A stretch of 64,000 nucleotides of DNA from Nitrospirota bacterium (GTDB taxonomy: Bacteria > Nitrospirota > UBA9217): the NCBI GenBank assembly GCA_963737155.1, contig CAVTRN010000001.1:608001-672000 (forward strand), in the 5' to 3' direction. The notes beneath the pieces were generated by a model. It was not told where the DNA came from. It worked only from the letters and a program-made list of their open reading frames with translations, and did no database searches. Shown piece by piece: positions 11,401-20,144 of this stretch (within the stretch, counting starts at the first letter, position 1; each line of letters begins with the position of its first letter). Both the position numbers and the translations under genes were made by a program.

Positions 11401-11578
11401 AGTGGTGCCGCTTGTTGTTGCTTTCGGCGCCGGCTCGGCAGGCCAGCGGGCCATAGGTACGGTTGTTTTTGGTGGCATGTTATCATCGACCCTTCTAGCC
11501 ATCCCGTTTGTTCCGGTATTCTATGTTGCACTCGAACGACTGAGTGAAAGGGTTAAAAAAGGTAAGCCCTCTGCATAG
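8456..11578 (+). CDS. RND efflux permease (HAE1/AcrB family)
   Basis: MISRFFIERPIFA, IGIVVDDAIVIVEN, KNAILIVEFA, RFRPIIMTSFAF. Confidence 0.97.
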   Translation: MISRFFIERPIFANVIAVITIVIGLVFLRSLPVAQYPQIVPPTIQVSTSYPGASAEVVAQTIGVPIEQAVNGVEGSIYTSSTSGSDGSYTLTITFDVGTDLNKSIALVQNLVNTSLAQLPGVAQQQGVNVKKISTNILLVASLYADDERFDEVFLSNYGIINLQNPLARIPGVALVRIIGAGPYSMRIWLDPKRLQIFGLTPADILTAIQGQNVQVVSGQLGAPPVPKDQPLQLTITALGRLSDVGQFENIIVKSTTGAAAQIVRIRDIGRVELSQQNFNNYSRFTGHKSAQMAVFALPDANAISVADSVYRAMADLSKTFPAGLKYGIRFDTTRFVRESISKVYETLIIAGILVLIVILVFLQSFRATLVPATTVPVTIIGAFIAIAALGFTINLMTLFALVLSIGIVVDDAIVIVENSSYHVEEGMPPKEATIKAMNELTGPVMGITLALVAVFLPAAFLPGITGQLFRQFALVIASTSVISAINALTLKPVQCAYWLRPRGNKPVNWFYREFNKGFQSVTKIYIGAVTRMVKKPALFIAIFAVIITATFLLFLSRPTGFLPTEDQGYGIIVSRLPQGASQPRSREVAAKINAILNRTAGVDFWVHIGGLSILDNANVSNFSTTFVVYKDWKDRGTSLDQDTIVSSVNRELAGIQEAQAIMVVPPPIRGLAQTGGLQMMVEDRGNVGLQELQKATSELVRNGNSNPALQGLNTTFALSSPQLYLNIDRTKAESFQVPMSNVLDSLQAYMGSSFVNLFNKYNQVFQVYIQADTRYRLQPQDIKNLYVRNQKGDMVPLGSLLEIRKVQGSELITRYDLYPSAAIFGSAAPGYSSGQANEAMEQMAAKLLPQGIAYEWTSTTYQEKKVGKQAYFIYTLSIFLVYMVLAALYESWTSPAAVVMVVPLALVGVLLAIMARGYDNNLYTQVGLVLMIALASKNAILIVEFARDLHHGGMSIEEAAIEATRRRFRPIIMTSFAFILGVVPLVVAFGAGSAGQRAIGTVVFGGMLSSTLLAIPFVPVFYVALERLSERVKKGKPSA

Positions 11579-11631
11579 TTTTTTGCTCACTCTAACATAT
11601 ATGGGCGCGCCAAAAAACCGCTCTAGGGAAA

Positions 11632-11830
11632 AGCAAGATTTCCAAGCGAGGGATAAACATCTCCGACATGTCCTTTGGCTCATGACGGTGAGCGTTATCC
11701 TGAACAACGACAAATTTCGGGTATATTTCATGAAGAATAAGCAAGCTGTCTACCCTATAAAAAGGCAGTAATGGTAACGATGAACAATTTGACCAGGATG
11801 CTTTTTGCGATGCTCTCACAAGACCTAACA
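11632..11830 (+). mobile_element. IS110-family transposase C-terminal relic (frameshifted)
   Basis: Reading across two frameshifts gives SKISKRG.KHLRHVLWLMTVSVILNNDKFRVYFMKNKQA.LPYKKAVMVTMNNLTRMLFAML, resembling the IS110 tail (ISKRGN..LR..L...A.......K..KKA..A...KL.R...AML). Confidence 0.75.
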
Positions 11831-12642
11831 CTAAGTTGCCATAAGCCAAGCATCATTTAGATTCATTAAATAAGTTTTAAGTAACTTTGGTATTAGATAA
11901 TCACGATAAAAGCAGTAATTGGATTTTTTGATATAATAAATATAAAGTAAATTAAAATAGTTGAGAGTGTCAGCCAGTTCACTCGTCGGTTTAAATGCTC
12001 AATAAAATAAGTTGTAGCGAGAAATAATAATTTTACTATTGTTACACGATAAGTTTCTTTCATGTCAAACTATGCTGTATCTTGAATTGTAGTAATCTTG
12101 TCTCTACTTCACACCAGAAATCGTTATTGCTAGCATAGGTAGCGCTCAGAAGGGCTTTCTCGCTCACCTAAAGTGCTTCGTGGTCATACTATCGCGGCAT
12201 TTTTCGAATTGGGTCTTCTTTAAAACTTATATTGATGCGTGCCTGACTAACGCGCTCAGCATGAAGGCGTGTGATGAATAAATTTATCATTAATTCTGCA
12301 AATTATGAGTCATAAGATTTTATAAACTAGTCTATACAACAATAATCTAGCCGGGTGAGCGTCGACCACCTGTTCATGCCAGGTGTCTATACGTTTGTCG
12401 TTCACCGTTTTTTCCGTAAGACTGTACTCCTGTAGCCGTATTCCTTATTATGAAGGGACATTAGGGTACGATTATTCAAATACATAGCCCCTGCCCCGGG
12501 CGCATACGACGACAATTATTGGAACAACTGAGTCACAGGTCAGTGAGCGTAGCGTTTTGATCCTTCCGAGGGCGTCCGCTGCAGAGCCGACATGAAGAAA
12601 GCCACTCGCTGCATGTGATGTGAGTGGAGATCAACGAGGGGT

Positions 12643-15600
12643 ATGAGGAAACGATTTATTATACTTATGGTGCTGCAGGCAGCAGTCATGCTGCTTTCGA
12701 CGTGCGGCCAGAAGGGGCCGCTTCCGCCGGCCCCTACGACGCCGCCCACCGTAACCTCCATCACGCCCACCGATGGGGCGCTGAATGTCCCCGTAACTAT
12801 AAATAACGGGATCGTAATAACGTTCAGCAACGAAATGGATGCTTCGACCATCAATAACAAAACGATTACGCTTTATTACAACGGCGAGCAGGGTACGGTT
12901 CCCTTATCGGTTACCTACAGCGATGCGAACGGCAAGTATACCGCCGTTCTTATGCCATCAGTCGTATTGAATCCGAGTACCCTCTACACGGTAACAGTCG
13001 CCAATACCGTCATGGACACGACCGGAATCGCCATGTCCGCGGCATTCACCAGCTCCTTCATTACCGGGATGCCCATGCCGCTCAGGGTCATCGATGTCCA
13101 GCCCGAAGACCGGTCACAAAATGTAGGCACGACGACCGCTATTTCAATCATGTTCAGTCAGCCTATCGACCCATCTACGATTTCCTCGGACACGATAATA
13201 CTCAGTACGCCGACTGGAAACGTTCCGGGCAATGTTTCCTATAATGCGGCGACGGCCGCGGCCACGTTCGAACCCCTGAGTCCCCTTTCTCCCAATTCTA
13301 CCTACATCGTCAACGTCACAACCGGGGTGCAAACCGTGTCGGGCATTCCCATGACAGACGCCTTCGTAGCGAGTTTTGTGACCGGAGCAGGACCTGACAT
13401 TACAGCTCCCATGGTCATGTCGGCGCTCACCTTCCCGTCCACCACCGCCTCGGCGGCCGATGTGAACACGCCGATCAGTGTTACCTTCAGCGAACCGATG
13501 CTCCTGACGGGCCTCACGCCTTCGTCGATCATCGTCAGTAACGGCACGACCGGGATTCCCGGCACGATCATGTATGTCGACAATACGGTCATTTTCATGC
13601 CAAGCACGTCTCTTGCACCGTCGACCCTCTATACGGTCAGCATCCCCGAAGCGGTCAGCGATCTGTCCCTGAATTCGTTGTCGTCCGAATATACCTGGAG
13701 CTTTACTACAGAACCAGAGGCCTCGGACAGCGTCCCGCCTGCCGTCCTTTCCACCTTCCCGACCAGCTCTGCGGTCAATGTGCCAATCTACAACGACGTG
13801 GTCGCGCTCTGCAGTGAAGCCGTGCTTACGAGCTCGATCACGCCGACCACTACCTTTACGCTTGTCGACGGGAATGGAACAAGCATCCCCGGGTGGGTCA
13901 CTTCCAGCGGCGCCACGCTTGTATTTACGCCTACGCAGCCCCTGGCATACAGTACAAACTACGTTGCCGAAATTACCTCGCATGCCACCAACCTTGCGGG
14001 AAACCCGCTTGTCAGCAATACGTCCGGGGGGTATACCTGGTCCTTTACTACCGAGGCCATTGCTACGTTTACCATCACGGCATCCGCCGCGGGGGGGAAC
14101 GGCAGTATCACGCCATCCGGAGCGGTGATGCTGGTCTCGGGTGCGACGCAGACGTTCAGTATCACGCCGAATGCCGGCTACCAAATTGCAGACGTGCTGG
14201 TAGACGGCGTTTCGGTCGGCGCGGTGGCCTCCTACGCGTTCACGAACGTAACGGCGAACCACACGATCAGCGCCAGCTTCTCAATCATCACCAACACCAT
14301 AACGGCGACGGTATCCAGCGGGAGCGGTTCCATCAGCCCATCGGGCTCCATGACGGTGAATTATGGTGCAAGCCAGACCTTCACGTTCACCCCGGCTACG
14401 GGGTACTCTGTTGCCGGCGTGCTGGTGGACGGCGTTTCGGTCGGTGCGGTGACCTCCTATGCGTTCAATAATGTAACAACGAGCCACACCATATCGGTAA
14501 GTTTCTCGATTGACGCGTTTACGGTGACGTCGTCGGTCACCGGCAGTAATGGGACCATCAGCCCGTCGACCGCCCAGACGGTTACCTACAATGCGACGAC
14601 GGCATTCACTGTAACTCCGGCCACGGGATACACCGCCTCCGTGGGTGGTACTTGCGGCGGCACGCTGAACGGCACCACGTACACGACGAACGCAATCACG
14701 GCGAACTGCACGGTTGTGGCGAGCTTCTCGATCAACGGCAACACCATAACGGCTACGGTTTCCAGCGGAAGCGGGTCCATCAGCCCATCGGGCTCCGTGT
14801 CGGTGAATTATGGTGCAAGCCAGACATTCACGATCACCCCGGCTACGGGGTACTCTGTTGCCAGCGTGCTGGTGGATGGCGTTTCGGTCGGTGCGGTGTC
14901 CTCATACACGTTCACGGATGTTATAGCGAATCACACGATCAGCGCGAGTTTCTCGATCAACACGTTTACCGCGACGCCGTCGGTCATCGGCAGTAATGGG
15001 ACCATCAGCCCAGCGACTGCACAGACGGTTGACTACAATGCGACCACGGCATTCACCATTACGCCGGCTACGGGATACACCGGCACGGTGGGTGGTACCT
15101 GCGGCGGAACGCTGTCAGGGAGAAACTACACGACAAACGCAATTACGGCGAACTGCAGCGTCGTGGCAAGCTTCACGATCAACACCAACACCATAACGGC
15201 GACGGTTTCCAGCGGAAGCGGGTCTATCAGCCCAGCGGGCTCCGTGTCGGTGAATTATGGTGCAAGCCAGACATTCACGATCACCCCGGCTTCGGGGTAC
15301 TCTCTCGCCGAGGTGCTGGTAGATGGTGTCTTGGTCGGTGAGGTGACCTCCTATACGTTCGCGGATGTAACAGAGAACCACACGATCAGCGCGAACTTCT
15401 CAATCAACACCTATGCGGTAGCGCCGCTGACTGACGGGAGCGGGAACGGGACTATCAGCCCGAACACTCCACAGCCAGTGACCTATGGTAACACCACGCA
15501 GTTCACGATCACTCCGAACGCTGGATATAGCATTGCTTCGGTAGGCGGGACCTGCGGCGGCACGCTTAACGGAAACACTTACACGACGAATGAGATACTG

Positions 15601-15861
15601 GCGAACTGCACGGTTGTGGCGAACTTCTCGATAAACACCTATACGGTGTCGCCGTCGACTGACGGAGCAGGAACCATCAGCCCGAGCACTCCGCAGACAG
15701 TGCCGTATGATAATACTGTGATATTCACGGTTACTCCAACCACTGGATCCACCCCCACTATGGCTGGTACCTGCGGCGGCTCACTAGATCCAACTGGAAC
15801 TATGTATACCACTGATCCGATAACGGCGAACTGCACGGTTGTGGCGAACTTCTCGAGATAG
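12643..15861 (+). CDS. Large surface lipoprotein: four Big_5/SbsA-like Ig domains followed by eight tandem beta-repeat modules
   Basis: Signal peptide ending LLSTC; repeated P.V....P......V.....I...FSE.M...L...T.Y....FTT units; then G.ISP.G...V.YG..QTFT.TP..GY repeats. Confidence 0.85.
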   Translation: MRKRFIILMVLQAAVMLLSTCGQKGPLPPAPTTPPTVTSITPTDGALNVPVTINNGIVITFSNEMDASTINNKTITLYYNGEQGTVPLSVTYSDANGKYTAVLMPSVVLNPSTLYTVTVANTVMDTTGIAMSAAFTSSFITGMPMPLRVIDVQPEDRSQNVGTTTAISIMFSQPIDPSTISSDTIILSTPTGNVPGNVSYNAATAAATFEPLSPLSPNSTYIVNVTTGVQTVSGIPMTDAFVASFVTGAGPDITAPMVMSALTFPSTTASAADVNTPISVTFSEPMLLTGLTPSSIIVSNGTTGIPGTIMYVDNTVIFMPSTSLAPSTLYTVSIPEAVSDLSLNSLSSEYTWSFTTEPEASDSVPPAVLSTFPTSSAVNVPIYNDVVALCSEAVLTSSITPTTTFTLVDGNGTSIPGWVTSSGATLVFTPTQPLAYSTNYVAEITSHATNLAGNPLVSNTSGGYTWSFTTEAIATFTITASAAGGNGSITPSGAVMLVSGATQTFSITPNAGYQIADVLVDGVSVGAVASYAFTNVTANHTISASFSIITNTITATVSSGSGSISPSGSMTVNYGASQTFTFTPATGYSVAGVLVDGVSVGAVTSYAFNNVTTSHTISVSFSIDAFTVTSSVTGSNGTISPSTAQTVTYNATTAFTVTPATGYTASVGGTCGGTLNGTTYTTNAITANCTVVASFSINGNTITATVSSGSGSISPSGSVSVNYGASQTFTITPATGYSVASVLVDGVSVGAVSSYTFTDVIANHTISASFSINTFTATPSVIGSNGTISPATAQTVDYNATTAFTITPATGYTGTVGGTCGGTLSGRNYTTNAITANCSVVASFTINTNTITATVSSGSGSISPAGSVSVNYGASQTFTITPASGYSLAEVLVDGVLVGEVTSYTFADVTENHTISANFSINTYAVAPLTDGSGNGTISPNTPQPVTYGNTTQFTITPNAGYSIASVGGTCGGTLNGNTYTTNEILANCTVVANFSINTYTVSPSTDGAGTISPSTPQTVPYDNTVIFTVTPTTGSTPTMAGTCGGSLDPTGTMYTTDPITANCTVVANFSR
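14293..15410 (+). repeat. Intragenic tandem repeat with 447-bp (149 aa) period
   Basis: AACACCATAACGGC(G/T)ACGGT starts at 14293, 14740 and 15187. Confidence 0.9.
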
Positions 15862-16223
15862 CCTGTTTGACTTTGACATGACAGGGCACACCAGAGAGCA
15901 TGCCAGCCAAACTGGAATGCGGGAATAACGCATCACTACTCAACGATTACCGTCTCCTTCAACACAGCGTTAAACTGCATTTCCAAACCGGCCGAAATGG
16001 TGAGAAATACAGAAAGTTACATCGCATATTAAAAAAAGTCGACGTTAAAACTAATGATGCAGGTTTCTGGTGGCTTCACTGAGTACCGGGATTATCTTTG
16101 GTAGGTGGCAATTATCATTATGATAGTTCTCATGTGGAAAGTATGGACAGAGAGACTTAATTCTGAGCAAGAACTTAATTGTGTGCGGATACGGACAGGA
16201 CCATAGTGTCGCACGGTATAAAA

Positions 16224-16415
16224 GTACCAAAGTATGTCGTTTACGCCAAAATTTGCTACCACGACACAGAAGTGTGCTGTGAACAATAATTTGGTGTTTA
16301 TGGAAGCATAATTTGTCGCGTTAAGCTATATATATAATGCAAATAGATACAATTATTTACTTATTCAGAAGCAAAGATTGTCGCACTGTGTAATAAGGGA
16401 AGCATAGTTTGTCGA
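16224..16415 (+). promoter_or_regulatory. Cluster of four 17-bp direct repeats, putative regulator-binding sites
   Basis: GTACCAAAGTATGTCGT (16224), GAAGCATAATTTGTCGC (16303), GAAGCAAAGATTGTCGC (16368), GAAGCATAGTTTGTCGA (16399). Confidence 0.55.
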
Positions 16416-16488
16416 ATAATGTAGAAACTAGCTTGGAAATTAAAGTATTACAAAATTAGCAGCCTCACCAGCTACCAGGAAGAAGTTG

Positions 16489-16518
16489 TTGACAGAAATC
16501 CTAATCACAAAATACAAT
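16489..16518 (+). promoter_or_regulatory. Putative sigma70 promoter with no intact gene downstream
   Basis: TTGACA-N18-TACAAT. Confidence 0.45.
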
Positions 16519-16895
16519 GAAACAAAATAAATTCTGCACCTTCGCCAATATTATAATATACTCGACTTCACCTACTCTCTCGCAGTGGCGTTGACTATAA
16601 TTCAAAGCCGAATACGACGTGAAAATTGCATATGAACGGCTCATCTGAGAGGAGCGTTTTTCGTGACCTACTCGAGCCAAATGGTTAGAATCGTCGTCCG
16701 GTTTCACTTCGTTCGACTCGACTAACCGACAAGATCATCTCAAATTTATCTCCATATATTTTGTAGTGGGGTATGGGTTAAACCAGTATGGTTTGATTTC
16801 TTTGAACCCCAACGTTTTGTAGAGTCCTATGTCAGACTTCATGGAGTCTATAGTATCTAGCTCCATTATTTCATGCCTCATATTTCTCGCTTCTT

Positions 16896-17338
16896 GGATT
16901 AGTGCGGTGCATCAAACTCGTTTCTAAGCTCTTAGTCATCGCTTGGGCGCTCATAAAGAAGGAATTCTACGATCCGAAATATCTCAATGCGGAGGATCAA
17001 AATGTACAGAAAAAGGCAGAGCGTGAAGTATAAAACCTGATTTCGGCGAGAGGGCCCAGTCTACATAGCTGAGCGGTTTAGACCTCGTTAGATACAATGA
17101 AGGGCCTCTCGTTTGAACGATAGACTTTGGATAAGGTATTTTTGGTGGCCAGAGCGAAAGCGCGGTACACCGAATAGCAGTAAATATTAGAAATATCGTT
17201 CGTCTGGATGCGAGAGACTCGCCGATAAAAGCAATGACGGCAGAAATACCGAAAGGAGAACTGCGACATGTAAGCGACCTAAAGACATCCTATCGAATAG
17301 ACTCAAATCTTATCTGATTCTTGACTGGAGCGATATAG
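16896..17338 (+). mobile_element. IS110-family (IS1111-like layout) right-end relic: transposase tail plus about 300 bp non-coding end
   Basis: In-frame GLVRCIKLVSKLLVIAWALIKKEFYDPKYLN...stop at 17031-17033 resembles the IS110 tail (K...K.L.IAW.L.K....DP); the end reads CTTGACTGGAGCGATATAG, with an outward-facing -35 hexamer. Confidence 0.6.
17043..17225 (+). ncRNA. Putative bridge/seek-RNA-like structured RNA
   Basis: Stems CGAGAGGGCCC/GGGCCTCTCG, GAACGATA/TATCGTTC, TTGGTG/CACCGA with a GAAA cap, and long-range TCGGCGAG/CTCGCCGA; lies directly after a transposase tail. Confidence 0.5.
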
Positions 17339-17451
17339 TATTTATCAACAAGCACGCACCGCCAATTTTGTGACACGCTTAACATCTGCAACTGAGATAT
17401 AGATTACGTGCATAGTGTCCGTGCAGTCACACCATCTCAATAGCCCGATCT

Positions 17452-19500
17452 CTACTGGGCCTGGGCCCAGTCTATGGGAGGCCAGCTGGAGGGATGACAA
17501 CTTGGGCTGCAGCTTACGCCATTATAATTTAGAGTATCCAGCAGTGTTGCCGAAGCCGGCCCCTCCATGACAGATGTGTTAAGATTTGTAAAGTGATTGA
17601 CCGCAAGATAGACTGTGCTATGGCAGTCTGTACAACCAAAACCTTGAATATTGACATGGAAATTGTGTTGGCCGGAGTAAAAACTGTTATATTGCGGAGT
17701 TTGAGCAGCAGTCCCATAAGTATGACATGATGTGCACGAAGTATTTACATCGAGTGAGCCTGTCGTCCAATTTGGCGTGGTTTGACCACCATGACAGCTA
17801 ACATTGGAGCAGGTGTTATCGGAATTGTACACAGCGGTGCCAGTTTCTGCGTTGTAAACAGGGCTCATTATATTTACTTCTACAATGCCATCGAAATGAT
17901 ATATTGTGCCGCTTCCCGCTCCATTGTGACAGGTGTTACATCCATCAGGCAATGTGACTTGAGGTGCAAAGTGACCAGTAACAGTGTTATGAGCATCAGG
18001 CGTGGTTGGAGGAGAACCATGACAGGAAACGCAACCAGTTGCAGTAAACGGAAAAACTCCGTTAACATGGCAAGAATTGCAGCCCGGACCACTGTTGGTA
18101 ACTCCGGTGAGTGTCGATCCATGGCAGTAATTGTTCTGGCATGCCGTACTACTATTAGTGGCTACATAGGGCGAGTGATTGATTATAAGTTGTGACCCAG
18201 TACCCCAGGAAACCGGATGCACCGACGTTGCACCGCCAATATGACAGCTTGTACAGGAGGGCCCGCTTCCGATGACACCCATAAGAGATGACCCGTGGCA
18301 ATTTGCGTTCGCGCAGCCACTGGTCCCGTTTGTCTGCACATAGGAAGCGTGATCCAGGGCAATCGGAGTTGTCCAATCAGTCGGATGTCCCGATGTAGGG
18401 CCACCGATATGACAACTCGTGCAGGATGGACCACTGCCAGTGACACCAGTGAGTGACGATCCATGGCAACTTGCGTTCGCACACGCGTTGGTTGTATTCG
18501 CCGCGGCATATACCCCGTGTTGTGTCAAAATATCGCTGGCCCAGTCTGATGGATGCACTGACGCCACGCCGCCAAGATGACAGCTTGTGCAGGAGGGGCC
18601 ACTGTTAGTGACCCCAGTAAGCGTTGATCCGTGGCAGTAGTTGTTTTGGCAGGCGATATTGCCATTATCCGCAACATAGGACGCGTGATTCAGATCTACC
18701 TGCGTGCCGGTTCCCCAGGAAACTGGATGCACCGATATGACACCGCCAATATGACAGCTTGTACAGGAGGGGCCACTTCCAGCAACGCCGGTGAGGTTCG
18801 CTCCATGGCAATTCGCGTTGGCACAGCCGCTGGTTCCGTTCGCCTGCACATAGGAAGCGTGATCCAGGGCAATCGGAGTTGTCCAATCAGAGGGATGTCC
18901 TGATGTGGGTCCGCCGATATGACAGCTTGTGCAGGACGGACCACTGCCTGTTACGCCCCCCAGGTTCGTACCGTGGCAGACCATATTAGCACAGGCACTC
19001 GTTGTGTTCGCGGCAGCATAGACTCCATGCAGCGTCAAAATAGAACCGCTCCAGTCTGCAGGATGCACTGATGTCACTCCACCGAGATGACAGCTTGTAC
19101 AGGACGGGCCGCTGTTGGCGACTCCGGAAAGTGTTGATCCGTGGCAATAGGTGTTATGGCAGGAGGTATCGCTATTGGCCGTTACATAAGGTGCGTGGTT
19201 CAGGGCAATCTGGGACCCCGTACCCCAGGAAACCGGGTGCACCGATGTTGCGGTGCCGATATGGCAGCTGGTACAGGATACCTGCGAAATTCCCCCGGAT
19301 AAATCACTTCCATGGCATTGGGTACATGTGGTTAAATTTGTCGTTGCCGCCGTCATGTGCCCCGCTGGCAGCCATCCGGCTGGATGCGATCCGTCCGCAA
19401 ATGTCGAGGACTGGTTCTTTTGACTCGTGCATCCACAGGGAATCAGCAGTCCCAGCAATAATATCAGGCTTGTAATCTTGACTTTCGCTTCCTGTGACAT
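17452..19500 (-). CDS. Multiheme c-type cytochrome lipoprotein (CxxCH/CX4CH repeat type), 22 candidate heme sites
   Basis: Manual count: 13 CxxCH, 8 CX4CH, 1 CX3CH; GAGGT RBS before the ATG at 19500; hydrophobic signal ending IPCGC. Confidence 0.92.
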   Translation of the reverse strand: MSQEAKVKITSLILLLGLLIPCGCTSQKNQSSTFADGSHPAGWLPAGHMTAATTNLTTCTQCHGSDLSGGISQVSCTSCHIGTATSVHPVSWGTGSQIALNHAPYVTANSDTSCHNTYCHGSTLSGVANSGPSCTSCHLGGVTSVHPADWSGSILTLHGVYAAANTTSACANMVCHGTNLGGVTGSGPSCTSCHIGGPTSGHPSDWTTPIALDHASYVQANGTSGCANANCHGANLTGVAGSGPSCTSCHIGGVISVHPVSWGTGTQVDLNHASYVADNGNIACQNNYCHGSTLTGVTNSGPSCTSCHLGGVASVHPSDWASDILTQHGVYAAANTTNACANASCHGSSLTGVTGSGPSCTSCHIGGPTSGHPTDWTTPIALDHASYVQTNGTSGCANANCHGSSLMGVIGSGPSCTSCHIGGATSVHPVSWGTGSQLIINHSPYVATNSSTACQNNYCHGSTLTGVTNSGPGCNSCHVNGVFPFTATGCVSCHGSPPTTPDAHNTVTGHFAPQVTLPDGCNTCHNGAGSGTIYHFDGIVEVNIMSPVYNAETGTAVYNSDNTCSNVSCHGGQTTPNWTTGSLDVNTSCTSCHTYGTAAQTPQYNSFYSGQHNFHVNIQGFGCTDCHSTVYLAVNHFTNLNTSVMEGPASATLLDTLNYNGVSCSPSCHPSSWPPIDWAQAQ

Positions 19501-19520
19501 ATGCTGTACCTCGCAAGGAT

Positions 19521-19690
19521 TCATGGGGCGGCGGAGCACTTTTTCAGCAGTCTTTTAGCTACCTCTACATAAACTTCGAAGTCCGCTCGTCTTCTGATGC
19601 CGATAACTTCGACCACAACTTCTTGTTCAATAATCCGGTAGACAATGCATATCGATTTGTGCGCTGCATACGTTTTATAAACACCCCTAC
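19521..19690 (-). pseudogene. RelE/ParE-like toxin, C-terminal fragment
   Basis: GVYKTY...ICIVYRIIEQEVVVEVIGIRRRADFEVYVEVAKRL; N-terminal half and antitoxin not recognisable. Confidence 0.65.
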
Positions 19691-19880
19691 TTTGACAATT
19701 TTGGTGATTCATTCTGTATCTATTGGAATATTCATCGCTGACATTCGATGCTTATATTTGTTGGATGGTGAGAACTTACTTGTCGGCCTACTAGACAATT
19801 TCTTTATTCCCATTTTGGAAAAACTTTATTGTCCAGGGCAAACTTTATTGTCTCCCGGTATCAGGTGGGGATCTGTGAAA

Positions 19881-19956
19881 TGGTGGTCCCAACGGGAATC
19901 GAACCCGTGTCTCCGGCGTGAGAGGCCAGCGTCCTAGGCCGCTAGACGATGGGACC
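19881..19956 (-). tRNA. tRNA-Glu (CTC)
   Basis: GGTCCCATCGTCTAGCGG...CT-CTC-AC...GGTTCGATTCCCGTTGGGACCACCA cloverleaf with encoded CCA. Confidence 0.97.
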
Positions 19957-20051
19957 CAAAAAATTGATAATGACTAGCTATGAGTCCTCAGTTAAAAGCT
20001 GGGCAGCAAAAAGGCTGAATGGCCGGAAACTCGAAACCAAGAACAGATAGT

Positions 20052-20125
20052 TGGTTGGGGGAGGAGGATTCGAACCCCCGTAAACAGGTTCAGAGCCTGT
20101 CGTCCTACCACTGGACGATCCCCCA
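20052..20125 (-). tRNA. tRNA-Gln (CTG)
   Basis: TGGGGGATCGTCCAGTGGTAGGAC...CT-CTG-AA...GGTTCGAATCCTCCTCCCCCAACCA. Confidence 0.97.
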
Positions 20126-20144
20126 GTTGCTTGCAAGCCTTAGC

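Noticed and set aside
13144-14262. 372 aa antisense ORF and other long shadow ORFs (8267-9085, 23807-24430, 61421-62068)
   Set aside because: They lie opposite well-supported genes and have no recognisable motifs
16224-16415. Short repeats considered as a CRISPR array
   Set aside because: Only 17 bp, degenerate, irregularly spaced, no cas genes; no CRISPR array seen anywhere in the window
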